Assembly: GCA_965217585.1 (NCBI GenBank) | Contig: OZ244561.1 | Coordinates: forward strand, 160,001 to 224,000 | Direction of reading: 5' to 3' | DNA length: 64,000 nt | Source: Candidatus Latescibacterota bacterium | Lineage (GTDB): Bacteria > Latescibacterota > UBA2968 > UBA8231 | Position numbers and translations under genes: made by a program | Shown here: in pieces, positions 27,803 to 40,185 of the stretch | Numbering within the stretch: position 1 is the first letter of the stretch | Layout of the letters: each line of letters opens with the position of its first letter | Notes under the pieces: model-generated | Databases searched by the model: none | What the model was told of the DNA's origin: nothing | Seen by the model: only the letters and a program-made list of their open reading frames with translations

Positions 27803-30800
27803 CCATCACATATATATCGTCTTTGCAGTGAGGATCGCTATAGTCTAGGGGTTTGGCAAAACCATCTTTGTTCTGCAAGTGTTTGCCGATACGGTCGTCC
27901 AATTCGCTGTCGCTAATGCCCAAGCGCTGCTGCACATCCTTGAAATTCTCTTTGAAAGCCTTGATAAGCAAACTGTGGAACAAGTCATCCACATTCACAC
28001 TCTGGCCGTCTATTACAACTCTTCTTTTGGGATATACCTCACTCACTAGATGGCTTTGGAGGGCCAAGTACTGCTCAAAAACGAGGCCATTGCCATCCGA
28101 TTTCCAGTTATCCCAAATCTTTTGCACCGCTTGGCGCAGCCTATTTCGTGTCTCCCGGTCTCGGGCCAAACTCCGGCGTGCCACCTCGATATTGGGTCCG
28201 TAATCGTCCGTGTGCTTTAGGCCCTGTTCTTGGTAAGTTCGGTAGAATCCCCGTCTGTCAAAAGTCACTACCTCGAGTAAGATACCATCAATGAGCGGCT
28301 GTAGGGCATCCACTAGCATCCGCGCTTCTTGGTCGTCCCTAGGCGGTAGTATCTCCGGATATTTGATATAGTCTTTGGTCATGTACCGACGGAATACATT
28401 CTGCGGCACTCTAAGGTTGTTTTCGTATGCTCTGTGCAGCTTCCTCAAATTGTCGATAGCGAACAGAGGAAAGGCCATCCATTGACTGACAAATATCACC
28501 GAATCGGGGGCGTGATACTCCGCTTTGTATCCTCCCACGTTTTGGTCGACTAGCTCCTCCCACCTTTTTTCATTTGGGGGAAGTCCTATGGTTTTCCGAG
28601 TGTGGTTCGACATACCCTGCGGGGCAGGTTTCAACTCGGACATCCGCGCTTCGGCTAGCCGTGCTCGTTTCTGCATCTCCTCTTTCTCGTTATGTTTCTG
28701 ATTTTGCAACTCTTGAACGGCGTTTCTATCGGCATAGAACTCCTTAAATAGGTCAAACGCGAACCGACTCAGTGAATCCTCTACCTCTTCCCAATCACGA
28801 GGGGCATTGTTCTTATTCGCCGAGCGATTGAAAATAATGCGGGTACAATCTCGTATGGCATCGATCTCTGTCCCTTCGAGATTAGCGTACTCAGCAAACA
28901 GCGGCTTGGCTTCTTCCGAGCGGAAATACCTCCTCAAAATATCTTGCAAAATTTCCTTGAAACCGGCACCTGTCAGTCCTCTTTTTTCGAGCTCCTTCCT
29001 TATTGCCTCCTCATAGTTAAGTTCGGGCATGAGACTGAGGTTGCGTACACTGGGCATCCGCTTTCTATAAGAATTATGGAACCCCTCAAATCGGCTAACC
29101 AGATCTTGGAGATGTTTTTGAAATTCCTCTACCTTGGCCAGCAAACCGCTGAATTCCACATGGAGTTCACCATCTGCACCCCGGACTTCGGTCTGTTGGC
29201 CGACAAAGCCGATCATATTGTCAAGCAAGCCCTTTTCCTGCACCCGTCCCCCGGAATTGGGATTGAGCAGACGCCCAGCCGCTTCCTTCTCATAGCGAGT
29301 GGTGACCCATTCCTTGAGTTGCTTCTCGACAGCCTTCACCTGCTGCACCAGATTACGGGTGATAAGCTCGGCGTTCTGCTTAAGGGATTGCTTTTTGCGT
29401 CCTTTGTAATGGTTGATAGCAATGCGTTTAGTTAAGAAGGCAAAGGGCATCTCCTCCCTAGCCGCTTTTAGGCGAGCCTCGTATTTCTCGTAATCTTCGG
29501 TAAATTCGATTTCGAGCGGCGGTGCCTCTAGTGCTTCTATGTCCTGATTCTCCCTAGCCTGCAATTCCTCTTTGATGCGCTCCAGTTCGCGGACGGCGAT
29601 CTTCAGCCACTCAACCATAAACTTGGGGCCGAAATTCAAGGGGTCGCACAATAATTCAAGACACTCATCCTCTACCCGCTTTTCGAGCTTGGGACGATCC
29701 AAGCCGATATTTTCCAGGATCTGCGTCACACCATCGCCCTTTTTGGTGCCTTGCTGTAACAGTCTTTTCCCTACTCGATCCTTCACCTCGCGGACTAATC
29801 TACCCATATCCTGCCGCGTTTTTTCCACTAGGTGATCCAAATCCTTTTGATCCTCTACCGCCGATGCCGTGTGCAACTCGTTCTGCAACTCATTGAAAGC
29901 CGGTTCGATCAACTCGTTGACGACCTCATCAATCAAGGTGAAATCCTTTCCCGGCTTGGCCAAGCAGCGTTGCAAAAAGAGTTTCTCAGTTAGGCCCATC
30001 CCCTCTAAGCGGGGTTTGACATCGGCATCATCATAGCCCTGAGGGATTCTGTTGTCCTTGGCCATGATAAGTTCTACCAGATACTGAGCGCAGCGGTTAG
30101 CAGCCGCATTGGCCAGACGAGGCTGATTCAATTCAATCTGGGAGAGCCCGAAAGATGCATATCGGCATGGAAAATACTGGACATAGCTTCCGTTGTGGTA
30201 GCCTGTCACATCCTGTAGGTACTGCTCCATATTGGAACGTACGCTGCGCTTTTGAGCGGCAAATCTAGTCCGGTCGAAATCCAGCAGCAGAAACTCAGCA
30301 ATCATCTGGAACGTATCGGTAAATTCGGTGATGCGTTCGCCAGCCACATTCTCGTTGTCGAGCATATAGACCGTATCAAAAGGCGGTGCTGGCACCGGCC
30401 GAGGGCTACCACCCCAATTAAATTCGTGGGTGGAGTATTCGCTTGTCTCCTTATCCTCGTCGGCGACAAACCGGGGCTGCATGAAGTATTCGAGTTCCTT
30501 GAGGGCGGCAAAGCCATTGGCATGGACGGCTTCTGTCCCGGCGGATCCCACTACATCGTCGAAAACCGTGGGCATGGCAAGAAAAGCCGTGCGCGTAGAA
30601 GTTGGGAACAAAACTCGACACAGAAATCCGACATCGATAAAGCAGCCAGACCCCGTTCCACCGCCGAGAGACGATATAATAATGATATCGAAGGCACTAG
30701 TATCTACCGTATAATCTGGGTAATCGCGGTTCATGTCCGCGAAGGCCTCTTGGGCAGTTACTTTTCTCCCCAATCTTTCGATGGCGTCGTGAATTTCCGT

Positions 30801-31235
30801 GTAATGGTGGAAGAAAGCCAATCGCCCGAAGGAACGGATCTGCCCAGCACCTTGCATGATGGCATTAGCAGGCAGCGCGTCCAGTTCGCTGGGAAACCAG
30901 TCCCATATATGCGGATAGGCATTCTTGTTGAGCCGGTATCCAGCCAACTCCTCGGGCTGGACCCGTCCATCAATTTTCTGTGGAGCGGTAAGGTCAATGC
31001 GCTTGTCCAACTCGTCGGGCACCTCTCCGCTCAGGGACTGATTGCGGATATCAGTATCAAACCATAGGTACTCCATGATGGGTAAACCCGCTACTCTGTA
31101 CTTCTCGTAGAACATCCGTCGCAGCCGCCGCAGTACTTCCTTTCCCGTACCTCCCAAGCCGATCAAAAGCGTGGGACGGATATCGATCGTTTGGCTTCCT
31201 TCTTTTGCTGTACCTATAGTAGTTATCTCAACCAT
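27786..31235 (-). CDS. Tubulin-like (Tubulin_2/FtsZ-superfamily) GTPase-domain protein with long helical C-terminus
   Basis: 'TLLIGLGGTG', 'GAGQIRSFGRLAF', tubulin signature 'SLGGGTGSG', 'ANGFAALKEL', 'PPFD'; ATG at 31235 follows AAGGAG. Confidence 0.88.
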   Translation of the reverse strand: MVEITTIGTAKEGSQTIDIRPTLLIGLGGTGKEVLRRLRRMFYEKYRVAGLPIMEYLWFDTDIRNQSLSGEVPDELDKRIDLTAPQKIDGRVQPEELAGYRLNKNAYPHIWDWFPSELDALPANAIMQGAGQIRSFGRLAFFHHYTEIHDAIERLGRKVTAQEAFADMNRDYPDYTVDTSAFDIIIISSLGGGTGSGCFIDVGFLCRVLFPTSTRTAFLAMPTVFDDVVGSAGTEAVHANGFAALKELEYFMQPRFVADEDKETSEYSTHEFNWGGSPRPVPAPPFDTVYMLDNENVAGERITEFTDTFQMIAEFLLLDFDRTRFAAQKRSVRSNMEQYLQDVTGYHNGSYVQYFPCRYASFGLSQIELNQPRLANAAANRCAQYLVELIMAKDNRIPQGYDDADVKPRLEGMGLTEKLFLQRCLAKPGKDFTLIDEVVNELIEPAFNELQNELHTASAVEDQKDLDHLVEKTRQDMGRLVREVKDRVGKRLLQQGTKKGDGVTQILENIGLDRPKLEKRVEDECLELLCDPLNFGPKFMVEWLKIAVRELERIKEELQARENQDIEALEAPPLEIEFTEDYEKYEARLKAAREEMPFAFLTKRIAINHYKGRKKQSLKQNAELITRNLVQQVKAVEKQLKEWVTTRYEKEAAGRLLNPNSGGRVQEKGLLDNMIGFVGQQTEVRGADGELHVEFSGLLAKVEEFQKHLQDLVSRFEGFHNSYRKRMPSVRNLSLMPELNYEEAIRKELEKRGLTGAGFKEILQDILRRYFRSEEAKPLFAEYANLEGTEIDAIRDCTRIIFNRSANKNNAPRDWEEVEDSLSRFAFDLFKEFYADRNAVQELQNQKHNEKEEMQKRARLAEARMSELKPAPQGMSNHTRKTIGLPPNEKRWEELVDQNVGGYKAEYHAPDSVIFVSQWMAFPLFAIDNLRKLHRAYENNLRVPQNVFRRYMTKDYIKYPEILPPRDDQEARMLVDALQPLIDGILLEVVTFDRRGFYRTYQEQGLKHTDDYGPNIEVARRSLARDRETRNRLRQAVQKIWDNWKSDGNGLVFEQYLALQSHLVSEVYPKRRVVIDGQSVNVDDLFHSLLIKAFKENFKDVQQRLGISDSELDDRIGKHLQNKDGFAKPLDYSDPHCKDDIYVMDGANA

Positions 31236-31337
31236 GGTGTTCTCCTTCAATGTTGATCCAACTCCGTCATTAGATGCTTTTCAGGTCGAAGCCCCCGACG
31301 GCTGTCGTACGAGGGCATTGGGACTCACTCGGAATTC

Positions 31338-32369
31338 TCAGCGGCGGCTTGGCCGGGTGACAAGTTTTGCTATCACCACAATGCAGAGGATCACCATTCC
31401 AAAGATGAGGATTCGCCATTCAATTTGCGAACTTGACTCCCAGCCCATCAAAAAATCAAAAAATCCGCTCAACCCCAAAGAGGCGATCAGCGCAATGCCT
31501 CCCCACAACACGAGGGCGGACCAACCAAAAGCTGTGGCCGGGTGCATGTCTCGGGTCTTGATGAGTCCGCTAAAAAGTAAGACCGAAAGGATATAGACGA
31601 TTACAGAAAGTACCAAAATCCAGACTATGCGCCCAACCTCCACATAGCGAAAGGTGCCCTTCGATCTAGTCTTCGGCGGAGGTACCCCTACCTCGACAGG
31701 TTCATATTGGTCCGAGGAGATGCCCAGCAGCGGTTTAGCTTCATCAATTGAGACCGCAAAGTTGAGATTCTGCCCCTCGTCGTGGCTAGAGCTTAGATTA
31801 AAACTTACCACGCCAATTACCTCTCCGTTCTGGTCGAATAAAGGCCCGCCGCTATTGCCCGGCGATACGGCGGCATCCGTCTGAATCAGCCTGAGGCCCT
31901 CCGGGGTAGTGCGAACCTCGGAGATAATCCCTTCGGTGACCGAGTATTCTAGCCCCAAGGGGTTGCCTATTGCCACCACGGGATCGCCCGAGCTCATATA
32001 TTCTCCTGACCCAAGCCTAGACGGCTGTAGGTGTTGGCCGCGCGGATCGACGTTTATCACCGCCAGGTCTTTGAGTTCGTCTTGGGCGACAACGCCCGTA
32101 ATCGGCATCCAAGTCCCGTTGAACGGCTTGGCCCATCCTTCTTTGATGCCCTTGATTACATGGTGCGCCGTGAGAATTTGGCCCGTTGACTTGATGATGA
32201 TTCCGCTCCCAACTCCCTCTCCCTCATTGGTAGAAACCTTGAGGAATACTACGCTTCCCTTCTCTTCCTTGGCAATCTGCTGAGTAAACGTGGAGCCGCT
32301 TTGTCCCGACCCGCCACACCCCATCCAGCCGATAGCCAGTATGAATCCGAGCGCGATGTGCCGTTTCAT
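31338..32369 (-). CDS. Trypsin-like (S1C) serine protease, putative lipoprotein with C-terminal TM helices
   Basis: Lipobox-like 'WMGC'; intact triad 'ILTAHHV', 'DLAVI', 'GNSGGPL'; three hydrophobic helices at the C-terminus, no PDZ. Confidence 0.88.
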   Translation of the reverse strand: MKRHIALGFILAIGWMGCGGSGQSGSTFTQQIAKEEKGSVVFLKVSTNEGEGVGSGIIIKSTGQILTAHHVIKGIKEGWAKPFNGTWMPITGVVAQDELKDLAVINVDPRGQHLQPSRLGSGEYMSSGDPVVAIGNPLGLEYSVTEGIISEVRTTPEGLRLIQTDAAVSPGNSGGPLFDQNGEVIGVVSFNLSSSHDEGQNLNFAVSIDEAKPLLGISSDQYEPVEVGVPPPKTRSKGTFRYVEVGRIVWILVLSVIVYILSVLLFSGLIKTRDMHPATAFGWSALVLWGGIALIASLGLSGFFDFLMGWESSSQIEWRILIFGMVILCIVVIAKLVTRPSRR

Positions 32370-32384
32370 CTTGACTCCCTAGTG

Positions 32385-34013
32385 TTATTTGAGGCGTTCC
32401 AGTTCAAATTCATTGCCCTTGTGGTTGAAAACCCATTTTTCATCCTTTTCAAAAGCCACCCCCTCCTCACCGACCGGATCGTCCATCCGATTTCTTAGTT
32501 CGGCCCTTTCGTCGCCCTCTTCGGCCGGCAGTAAGCGGTATTTGCATTTGAACAGGCTGTCTCGCCGCAAATATCCCAAAACGATATCCTTTCCGCTTTG
32601 GTTTGTGTACTCCAATTCCTTTTGACCGCCGGGGCGCATCCAGTACTTGTACTCGACGTCTGCTAGCCGATAAACGAGCCTCCTGAAATAAACCATTCCC
32701 CCGGTAGCTACCACAGCGATGGGTAGCAAGATCACCGCGACCCAAGCCCGCCACAGATAGAGAGGGGAACGGACTTGCAACCTGCCTCTTATGGCTCCTC
32801 CCTTGGGCACCACTTCCAAACCCTCTCGGTCTCGGTGCAGGAAGTGTATCAGATCGTCTGGCGTATAGATACGCTCGACTTCTTGGGGGTTGTCGGTAAA
32901 GTATTTCTCCTGATAAATCGGAGTCATGCGAAACGAGCCAGGCGGTATCTCCAAGACAACCCTGGACATATATTGCATCGGAATCGGGCTTATACGCGCC
33001 ATGCCAAGCTGGTCGAAGAAGCCAACCTCGTTGGGCAAGAACGGGCCTAGGCGGACCCGGCACGAATAGCGATATTTGTTCTGGGTATTATGCTCCAGCT
33101 TCTCTTCAAGGCGGGGTGGAGTAACTCGTCCTCTCCCGCTAGCTCGACTCCAGTACCGCCGATCTTCGGGCTGCATGGGAACGATCCTAGGCTGGCTCAC
33201 CTTCAACCGCACCGGATTACCATGCTCATCCATCGGCTCGATATTCAGGTAGCTCAATTGCGACTCTAAGGTAAAGGAGAAATGGACCAACTCGGATTCG
33301 TCCATGCCGATGGTGCTCGGCTGGTCCGAATATGCCCTGCGTTTGCGATGTAGAACAATGCGGTGGTCTAGCGGCTTCATCAGCATCGGTTCCAAGCCGC
33401 CAGCCTTGAGTTGGGAGATGAGTTTGCCGAATCTAGCGCGCTGATCTTCTTCTGTGAGATAGGCATACAGGACCACCCCACGCGGACCTTGGTGGTACGC
33501 CTTGTCCGGGTGATTGAACAACCGCCCGTCAAAGGGCAGACTCAGCGGCACGGCATATAGTACTTGTACCACATCCTCCGCAAAACGCGCATAGAGCCCC
33601 CGAACATCCTCGTCATTGGTGGTCGCCTGCACATTATCGGTTAAGAAAAAAGTAATCGGCGCCCATCCAAGCCCTTCTTCAAAAGCCCTGAGCAAATTGG
33701 TATAGCTGCCCCAGCGTGCGTCTTGGGTCTCCTCGATCCACACTAGCGAATCCGGGTGTTGGGATACAAAAAATAAAGTGCCCGCCTCCAGTTGCTGGTC
33801 TTGGCAGGCTTTTTCCAACGAGGTCAGCAATTTCTGTAGCTCACCTGTCTGCTGGAAGCCCTCCATTGAACCAGAGCCATCGACCAATATGCTGACATCC
33901 ATCCCAGCGGCGGCACGAGGGCCGCCAAGCCCTAGGCAGCACAGCAGAGCAACGTACCAGAATGACTGGTTTTCAAACGGCCAATAGGTCATAGCGATAT
34001 AGATGGTACTCAT
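32385..34013 (-). CDS. Membrane-anchored VWA (MIDAS) domain protein
   Basis: Signal-like N-terminus, 'ILVDGSGSM' DxSxS, 'TNL', 'FFLTD'; TM helix 'AWVAVILLPIAVVATGGMVYF' then a short tail. Confidence 0.7.
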   Translation of the reverse strand: MSTIYIAMTYWPFENQSFWYVALLCCLGLGGPRAAAGMDVSILVDGSGSMEGFQQTGELQKLLTSLEKACQDQQLEAGTLFFVSQHPDSLVWIEETQDARWGSYTNLLRAFEEGLGWAPITFFLTDNVQATTNDEDVRGLYARFAEDVVQVLYAVPLSLPFDGRLFNHPDKAYHQGPRGVVLYAYLTEEDQRARFGKLISQLKAGGLEPMLMKPLDHRIVLHRKRRAYSDQPSTIGMDESELVHFSFTLESQLSYLNIEPMDEHGNPVRLKVSQPRIVPMQPEDRRYWSRASGRGRVTPPRLEEKLEHNTQNKYRYSCRVRLGPFLPNEVGFFDQLGMARISPIPMQYMSRVVLEIPPGSFRMTPIYQEKYFTDNPQEVERIYTPDDLIHFLHRDREGLEVVPKGGAIRGRLQVRSPLYLWRAWVAVILLPIAVVATGGMVYFRRLVYRLADVEYKYWMRPGGQKELEYTNQSGKDIVLGYLRRDSLFKCKYRLLPAEEGDERAELRNRMDDPVGEEGVAFEKDEKWVFNHKGNEFELERLK

Positions 34014-35262
34014 GATCGCGGGTCATCACGTACACGTATTTGCCGAAACCCGCTGGCGGCACAACCGGATCTTCGCCTAAAGGCCAGCCGCGCAAGAAAA
34101 GTTCCCCTCCTCGTTCATCAAGACGGGAAAGACGAAATTCCGTATTAGCTCCCACTCCTCTTTGGAAGTTGGCGACCAAGCCGCCCAAGCCTTTGGTCTG
34201 ATCAATGTGCCTCATGGAATATCCGGGACTACACTCCAATTTGGACGTAACTTGCCGATTCAATGGATCGAACAATAGCATAAAATTAGACCCTATCGCC
34301 ATATAGCAATAGCCGGACTCGATCCGCAATGTCTGTAGGGCCTGTACCTCTACCTCGGTTCGGCTCGGAATTTCTTTTAGCACCTGTTGGCCGACTAACT
34401 GTAGGGCACACAAGCCCCCTTCTTGAGTCAATAGCCATATTGACGGATCCTCGCCGCGCATCACGCCCGCCGAAGCGGCTAATGGGACGCCGCGGGCATC
34501 CTCATCCTCATACGAGATTTTCTTGCCCTGTTCCAAATTCAAGAAAACAACCCTATTTTCCTCTTCTATTAAGCCCAGATAGGTCTCGCTTCCCCGAATT
34601 GGGATCATTTCTTGGATAGGCAACGAATTTTTGTCTAGCTCTTGCTTTTGCAATTCGTCGAAAATGCGGTTCTCGCTCTTCCAGTATCGATCGCAACTTG
34701 CTTTATCTACCTTATATACATGAATAGTCAACGCCTCTTGGTCCAGCAGGAAAAGCCGATTCCGGCCTAAGGCAATCTTCTCGACGCGCTCACATTCCAC
34801 GGCAAGCGGCTTCCACGAAGCAGCTTTCAGCATATCGTCGTTCAACAACGAAGAGGTCGGAAACACCTGCAGCGTCCCCACCTCCGTGAGCGCGTAAATC
34901 CACCAGCGGTCAAAATCCACCTGACGCAAGGAAGTCGAATCCCCTTTGAGTGGAGGCAGGTCGAGTTGCTTGTCCTCTATGTAGGTACTCATTTCTCCGT
35001 TGGATTTATCCACTAATAAAGGCTGGCCGAACACGTTAAAGAGGTCGTCAACTCGGTCCATAATAACCGGCAGATTCCCGACAGCACTGTCTTTACTCTC
35101 TCCGGAAGGTATGTCGGCCATGTAATCGACAGGTTTGCTCTCGACAGCACCGCCGCAAACGGCGCAAAAATTAGCGAGCGCATGATGCTCGCGGCCATCT
35201 TTAGAACACGTCCAAGCGTTCTTATGCCAATTCCAGTCTTGCATCATTTCTCGCATCCTCAC
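33973..35262 (-). CDS. Hypothetical protein, N-terminal zinc-ribbon-like motif and probable beta-propeller
   Basis: 'WTCSKDGREHHALANFCAVCG'; remainder made of short beta-strand-like segments; first gene of the island operon. Confidence 0.55.
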   Translation of the reverse strand: MRMREMMQDWNWHKNAWTCSKDGREHHALANFCAVCGGAVESKPVDYMADIPSGESKDSAVGNLPVIMDRVDDLFNVFGQPLLVDKSNGEMSTYIEDKQLDLPPLKGDSTSLRQVDFDRWWIYALTEVGTLQVFPTSSLLNDDMLKAASWKPLAVECERVEKIALGRNRLFLLDQEALTIHVYKVDKASCDRYWKSENRIFDELQKQELDKNSLPIQEMIPIRGSETYLGLIEEENRVVFLNLEQGKKISYEDEDARGVPLAASAGVMRGEDPSIWLLTQEGGLCALQLVGQQVLKEIPSRTEVEVQALQTLRIESGYCYMAIGSNFMLLFDPLNRQVTSKLECSPGYSMRHIDQTKGLGGLVANFQRGVGANTEFRLSRLDERGGELFLRGWPLGEDPVVPPAGFGKYVYVMTRDHEYHLYRYDLLAV

Positions 35263-37325
35263 CCTATCTCAATCCCGCGTACCGCTTCCGATCTCGGTTA
35301 TAGACTTGTCCCCGTAGGGCGGTCGGTGGCACTCTAAAATAGAGGGCCACTTTGTAACGTCAATGACAGAATACCGCCCCGCTCCAGCCCCTAAATCCCA
35401 GCTTCCCACACATCCTCAACCCCGGCCCGCAACAACTCAGCCACGCTCCACGCCTGGGCGATGCAGCCGCGAGGCGCAAAAGGCGGCTCGGCGTCAAATA
35501 TCTCCGAGACCGTGCCCAAGCCCGCCTCATCCAAGTGCGCGGCAAAGCCGTCGAGGAGGGCACGAGAGCGCTGGCGACCCGCGCGACCGTGGCAACGCAG
35601 AGGGCGGTAATGTACGGGCCGATGAGCCAGCCCCAGACCGTGCCCTGGTGATACGCGCTATCGCGCTCCCAAGGGCTACCCGCATACTGGGCGCAGTACG
35701 CCGGATCGCTCGGCGAAAGGCTGCGCAGGCCGCGCGGGGTCAGCAAGTGTTGGTCAATCACGGATAAGATTCGCCGCGCCCGCTCGCCCTCGATGAGCGG
35801 GAAGGGCAGCGAGAGCGCGAAGATCTGATTGGGGCGGATCGCCCAATCCGGCCCCTCGGGCGCAACCACGTCGCATAAATACCCGCGCTCTTCGCACCAG
35901 AACAGACGCTCAAAGGACGCACGCACCTCAGCGGCGCGCTGGCCGTACTCGGCGTGCTGACCAAATACCTCGGCCAAGTGCTGCAAAATTTTGAGCGCAT
36001 TGTACCAGAGGGCATTGACCTCCACGGGTTTACCCGTGCGCGGCGAGATCACCCAATCGACGACCTTGGCGTCCATCCACGTCAGTTGCACCCCCGGCTC
36101 CCCAGCCGCGAGCAGGCCATCGACACCGGCCCGGATCTGATAGCGCGTGCCGCGTTCGTGCCAAGCCGCTATGTCCTCTAGCGTCGGCCACAGCTCGCGG
36201 GCAAACTCGTAGTCTTGGGTGTATTGCAAATACTTGTAGAGCGCGACAAAAAACCACAAAGTCGCGTCCACCGCGTGGTATTCCGGGACCTCTCCCGCGT
36301 CGGGAAAGCGGTTGGGGATCATGCCCTTGCTGACGTGCTCGGCAAACGCCGCGAAGATATCCCGCGCCTCGGCAAAGCGCTCGGTGACCAAGCACAGGCC
36401 GGGCAGGGCGATCATGGTGTCGCGGCCCCAATCCGTGAACCAATGGTAGCCCGCGACAATGGTGTGCAGGCCATCGCCGCGCCGCACCAGAAACTGAGCG
36501 GCCGCCCGCGCCAGCGATTGCAGCAAAGGGTCGGCGGCCCAAGAGGCGTGCACCACCACCTGCTGGCGGCGGTCGATCTCGCCGGTGAGAAGCGTGAGGG
36601 GGTCACGGCAGGCGGGAAGCTCGGTGGCTGCAATTACGCCAACGGTGGCCCCGGGGTCGAGTTGCAGACGCAGGCGACCGGGCGTGAACAGGTCTTCGCT
36701 GTGGTCGAGGCCGCGCTCTTCCTCGCGCGGATATTGGAAGTTGTAGTACCAGTCCGGGGCGGCCTCCCAGCACGCGCCCGGGGCGAGAATGTGAGCGGTG
36801 GGCTGCTCCCGATAAGGGCGATAAGCCAGCGTATCCTCGACCCAATCGGCCGTTGGAGCCACTTGATCGTTGGCCTGCATCAAGTGGTGATAGTCCCGGC
36901 CGGCGAAAAAGGGGCGCAACTCCAAACAAAGCGGGCCGGACGCCTTCTCCAGCTCGTACGCGACGACCAAGGCTTGCTCACCCGCGAGCAAGGCCAGTCG
37001 CTTGCGCAACACCCACCCATCCCCCGCGTACGTCCACGTCGGCACCGGCTCGGACGCGAAGGCAGTTAGCCATTGGTCGCCCCGTGGATGAATGACTCCG
37101 GGAAAAATGCTGCAACTTAGCTCGACGCGTCTTGTGGGTAGGACCAAAGTCTCGTCGAGCCGCGATAGCAGCACCACCCGGCCGACCGGCGGCTGAGTGG
37201 CGACGACCAGCAGACCGTGATAGCGCCGGGTGTGCGCGCCGCTAACCGTGGAGGAAGCCCAGCCGCCCAAACCATTGGTCTCCAGCCACTCTTGGGAGAA
37301 TTTGTACTCGCTGCCTTCAGGCAGT

Positions 37326-39281
<1,956 letters not shown>

Positions 39282-39328
39282 GCGAGCTAACTCCTCATTA
39301 GGGTGGAAATAGCCATCAATAGCGCAAA

Positions 39329-40114
39329 CTACTTACTACCGGCCACCGGCGGCAAGGGCCACTCGTCACCGGCCATAAAGCCGCCATCGACATAGATGCA
39401 CTGCCCGGTGACGTAATCCGAAGCTGGCGCGGCGAGAAAGACGGCTGTGCCGACCAAGTCTTCGGGCGTCCCCAAGCGGTTGAGCACAACCCGCCCCTCG
39501 CCCCAAGCACGCATGGTGTCGTCGGCCCACAGCTTCTCACTGAGCGAGGTGAGTATAAAGCCCGGGCAGATGGCGTTGACCTGGATGTTGTGCGACCCGA
39601 ACTCAATGGCTTGGCCCTTGGTGAGCTGGCCGACGGCCCCCTTGGTCGCGGTGTACACCGACACTTTGGCGAGGGCATAGCCCGTGGTCAGCGAGCCGAT
39701 ATTGATGATCTTGCCGCCTTGGCCGCGCTCGATCATCTGGCGGCCGACCTTCTGGCTGAGGAAGTACAGGCCCTTGAGATTGACGGCCATGATCTGGTCG
39801 TAGTTTTCCTCCGAGACCTCGACGATGGGCTGGCGGATGTTCATGCCGGCATTGTTGAACAGGATGTCTATGGGGCCGCATTGCTCCAAAGCCGCGTCCA
39901 TACCCTCTAAGTCGGCCATGTCCAATTCGACCGCGCGGGCCTTGCCGCCGGCGGCCTCAATGGCAGCGACGGCTTCGTCGAGCTGGCTGCGGGTGCGAGC
40001 GGCGCAGATAACCGTGGCCCCGGCTTCAGCCATACCTGCGGCCACGCCGCGACCAATGCCGCGACTAGCACCAGTGACGAGGGCGACTTTTCCCTCTAGC
40101 GAAAATAGACTCAC
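39329..40114 (-). CDS. SDR oxidoreductase (gluconate 5-dehydrogenase/KduD-like)
   Basis: 'TGASRGIG', 'NNAG', 'YTATKG', 'VNAICPG', 'YVDGG'; GTG start after AAGGAG. Confidence 0.88.
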   Translation of the reverse strand: MSLFSLEGKVALVTGASRGIGRGVAAGMAEAGATVICAARTRSQLDEAVAAIEAAGGKARAVELDMADLEGMDAALEQCGPIDILFNNAGMNIRQPIVEVSEENYDQIMAVNLKGLYFLSQKVGRQMIERGQGGKIINIGSLTTGYALAKVSVYTATKGAVGQLTKGQAIEFGSHNIQVNAICPGFILTSLSEKLWADDTMRAWGEGRVVLNRLGTPEDLVGTAVFLAAPASDYVTGQCIYVDGGFMAGDEWPLPPVAGSK

Positions 40115-40185
40115 GATACACTCCTTCGTTGTTTGTGGTTGCGTTGGTTTAATGATAATCGGGGTTGGCGTTCCAGCAAGGCTTT

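Noticed and set aside
27786-31235. Cell-division ftsZ
   Set aside because: About three times too long, with Tubulin_2-type motifs and no dcw context.
35351-35364. TTTGTAACGTCAAT resembling a MITE right end at the island border
   Set aside because: Only 11/14 match and no partner end found at the left border.
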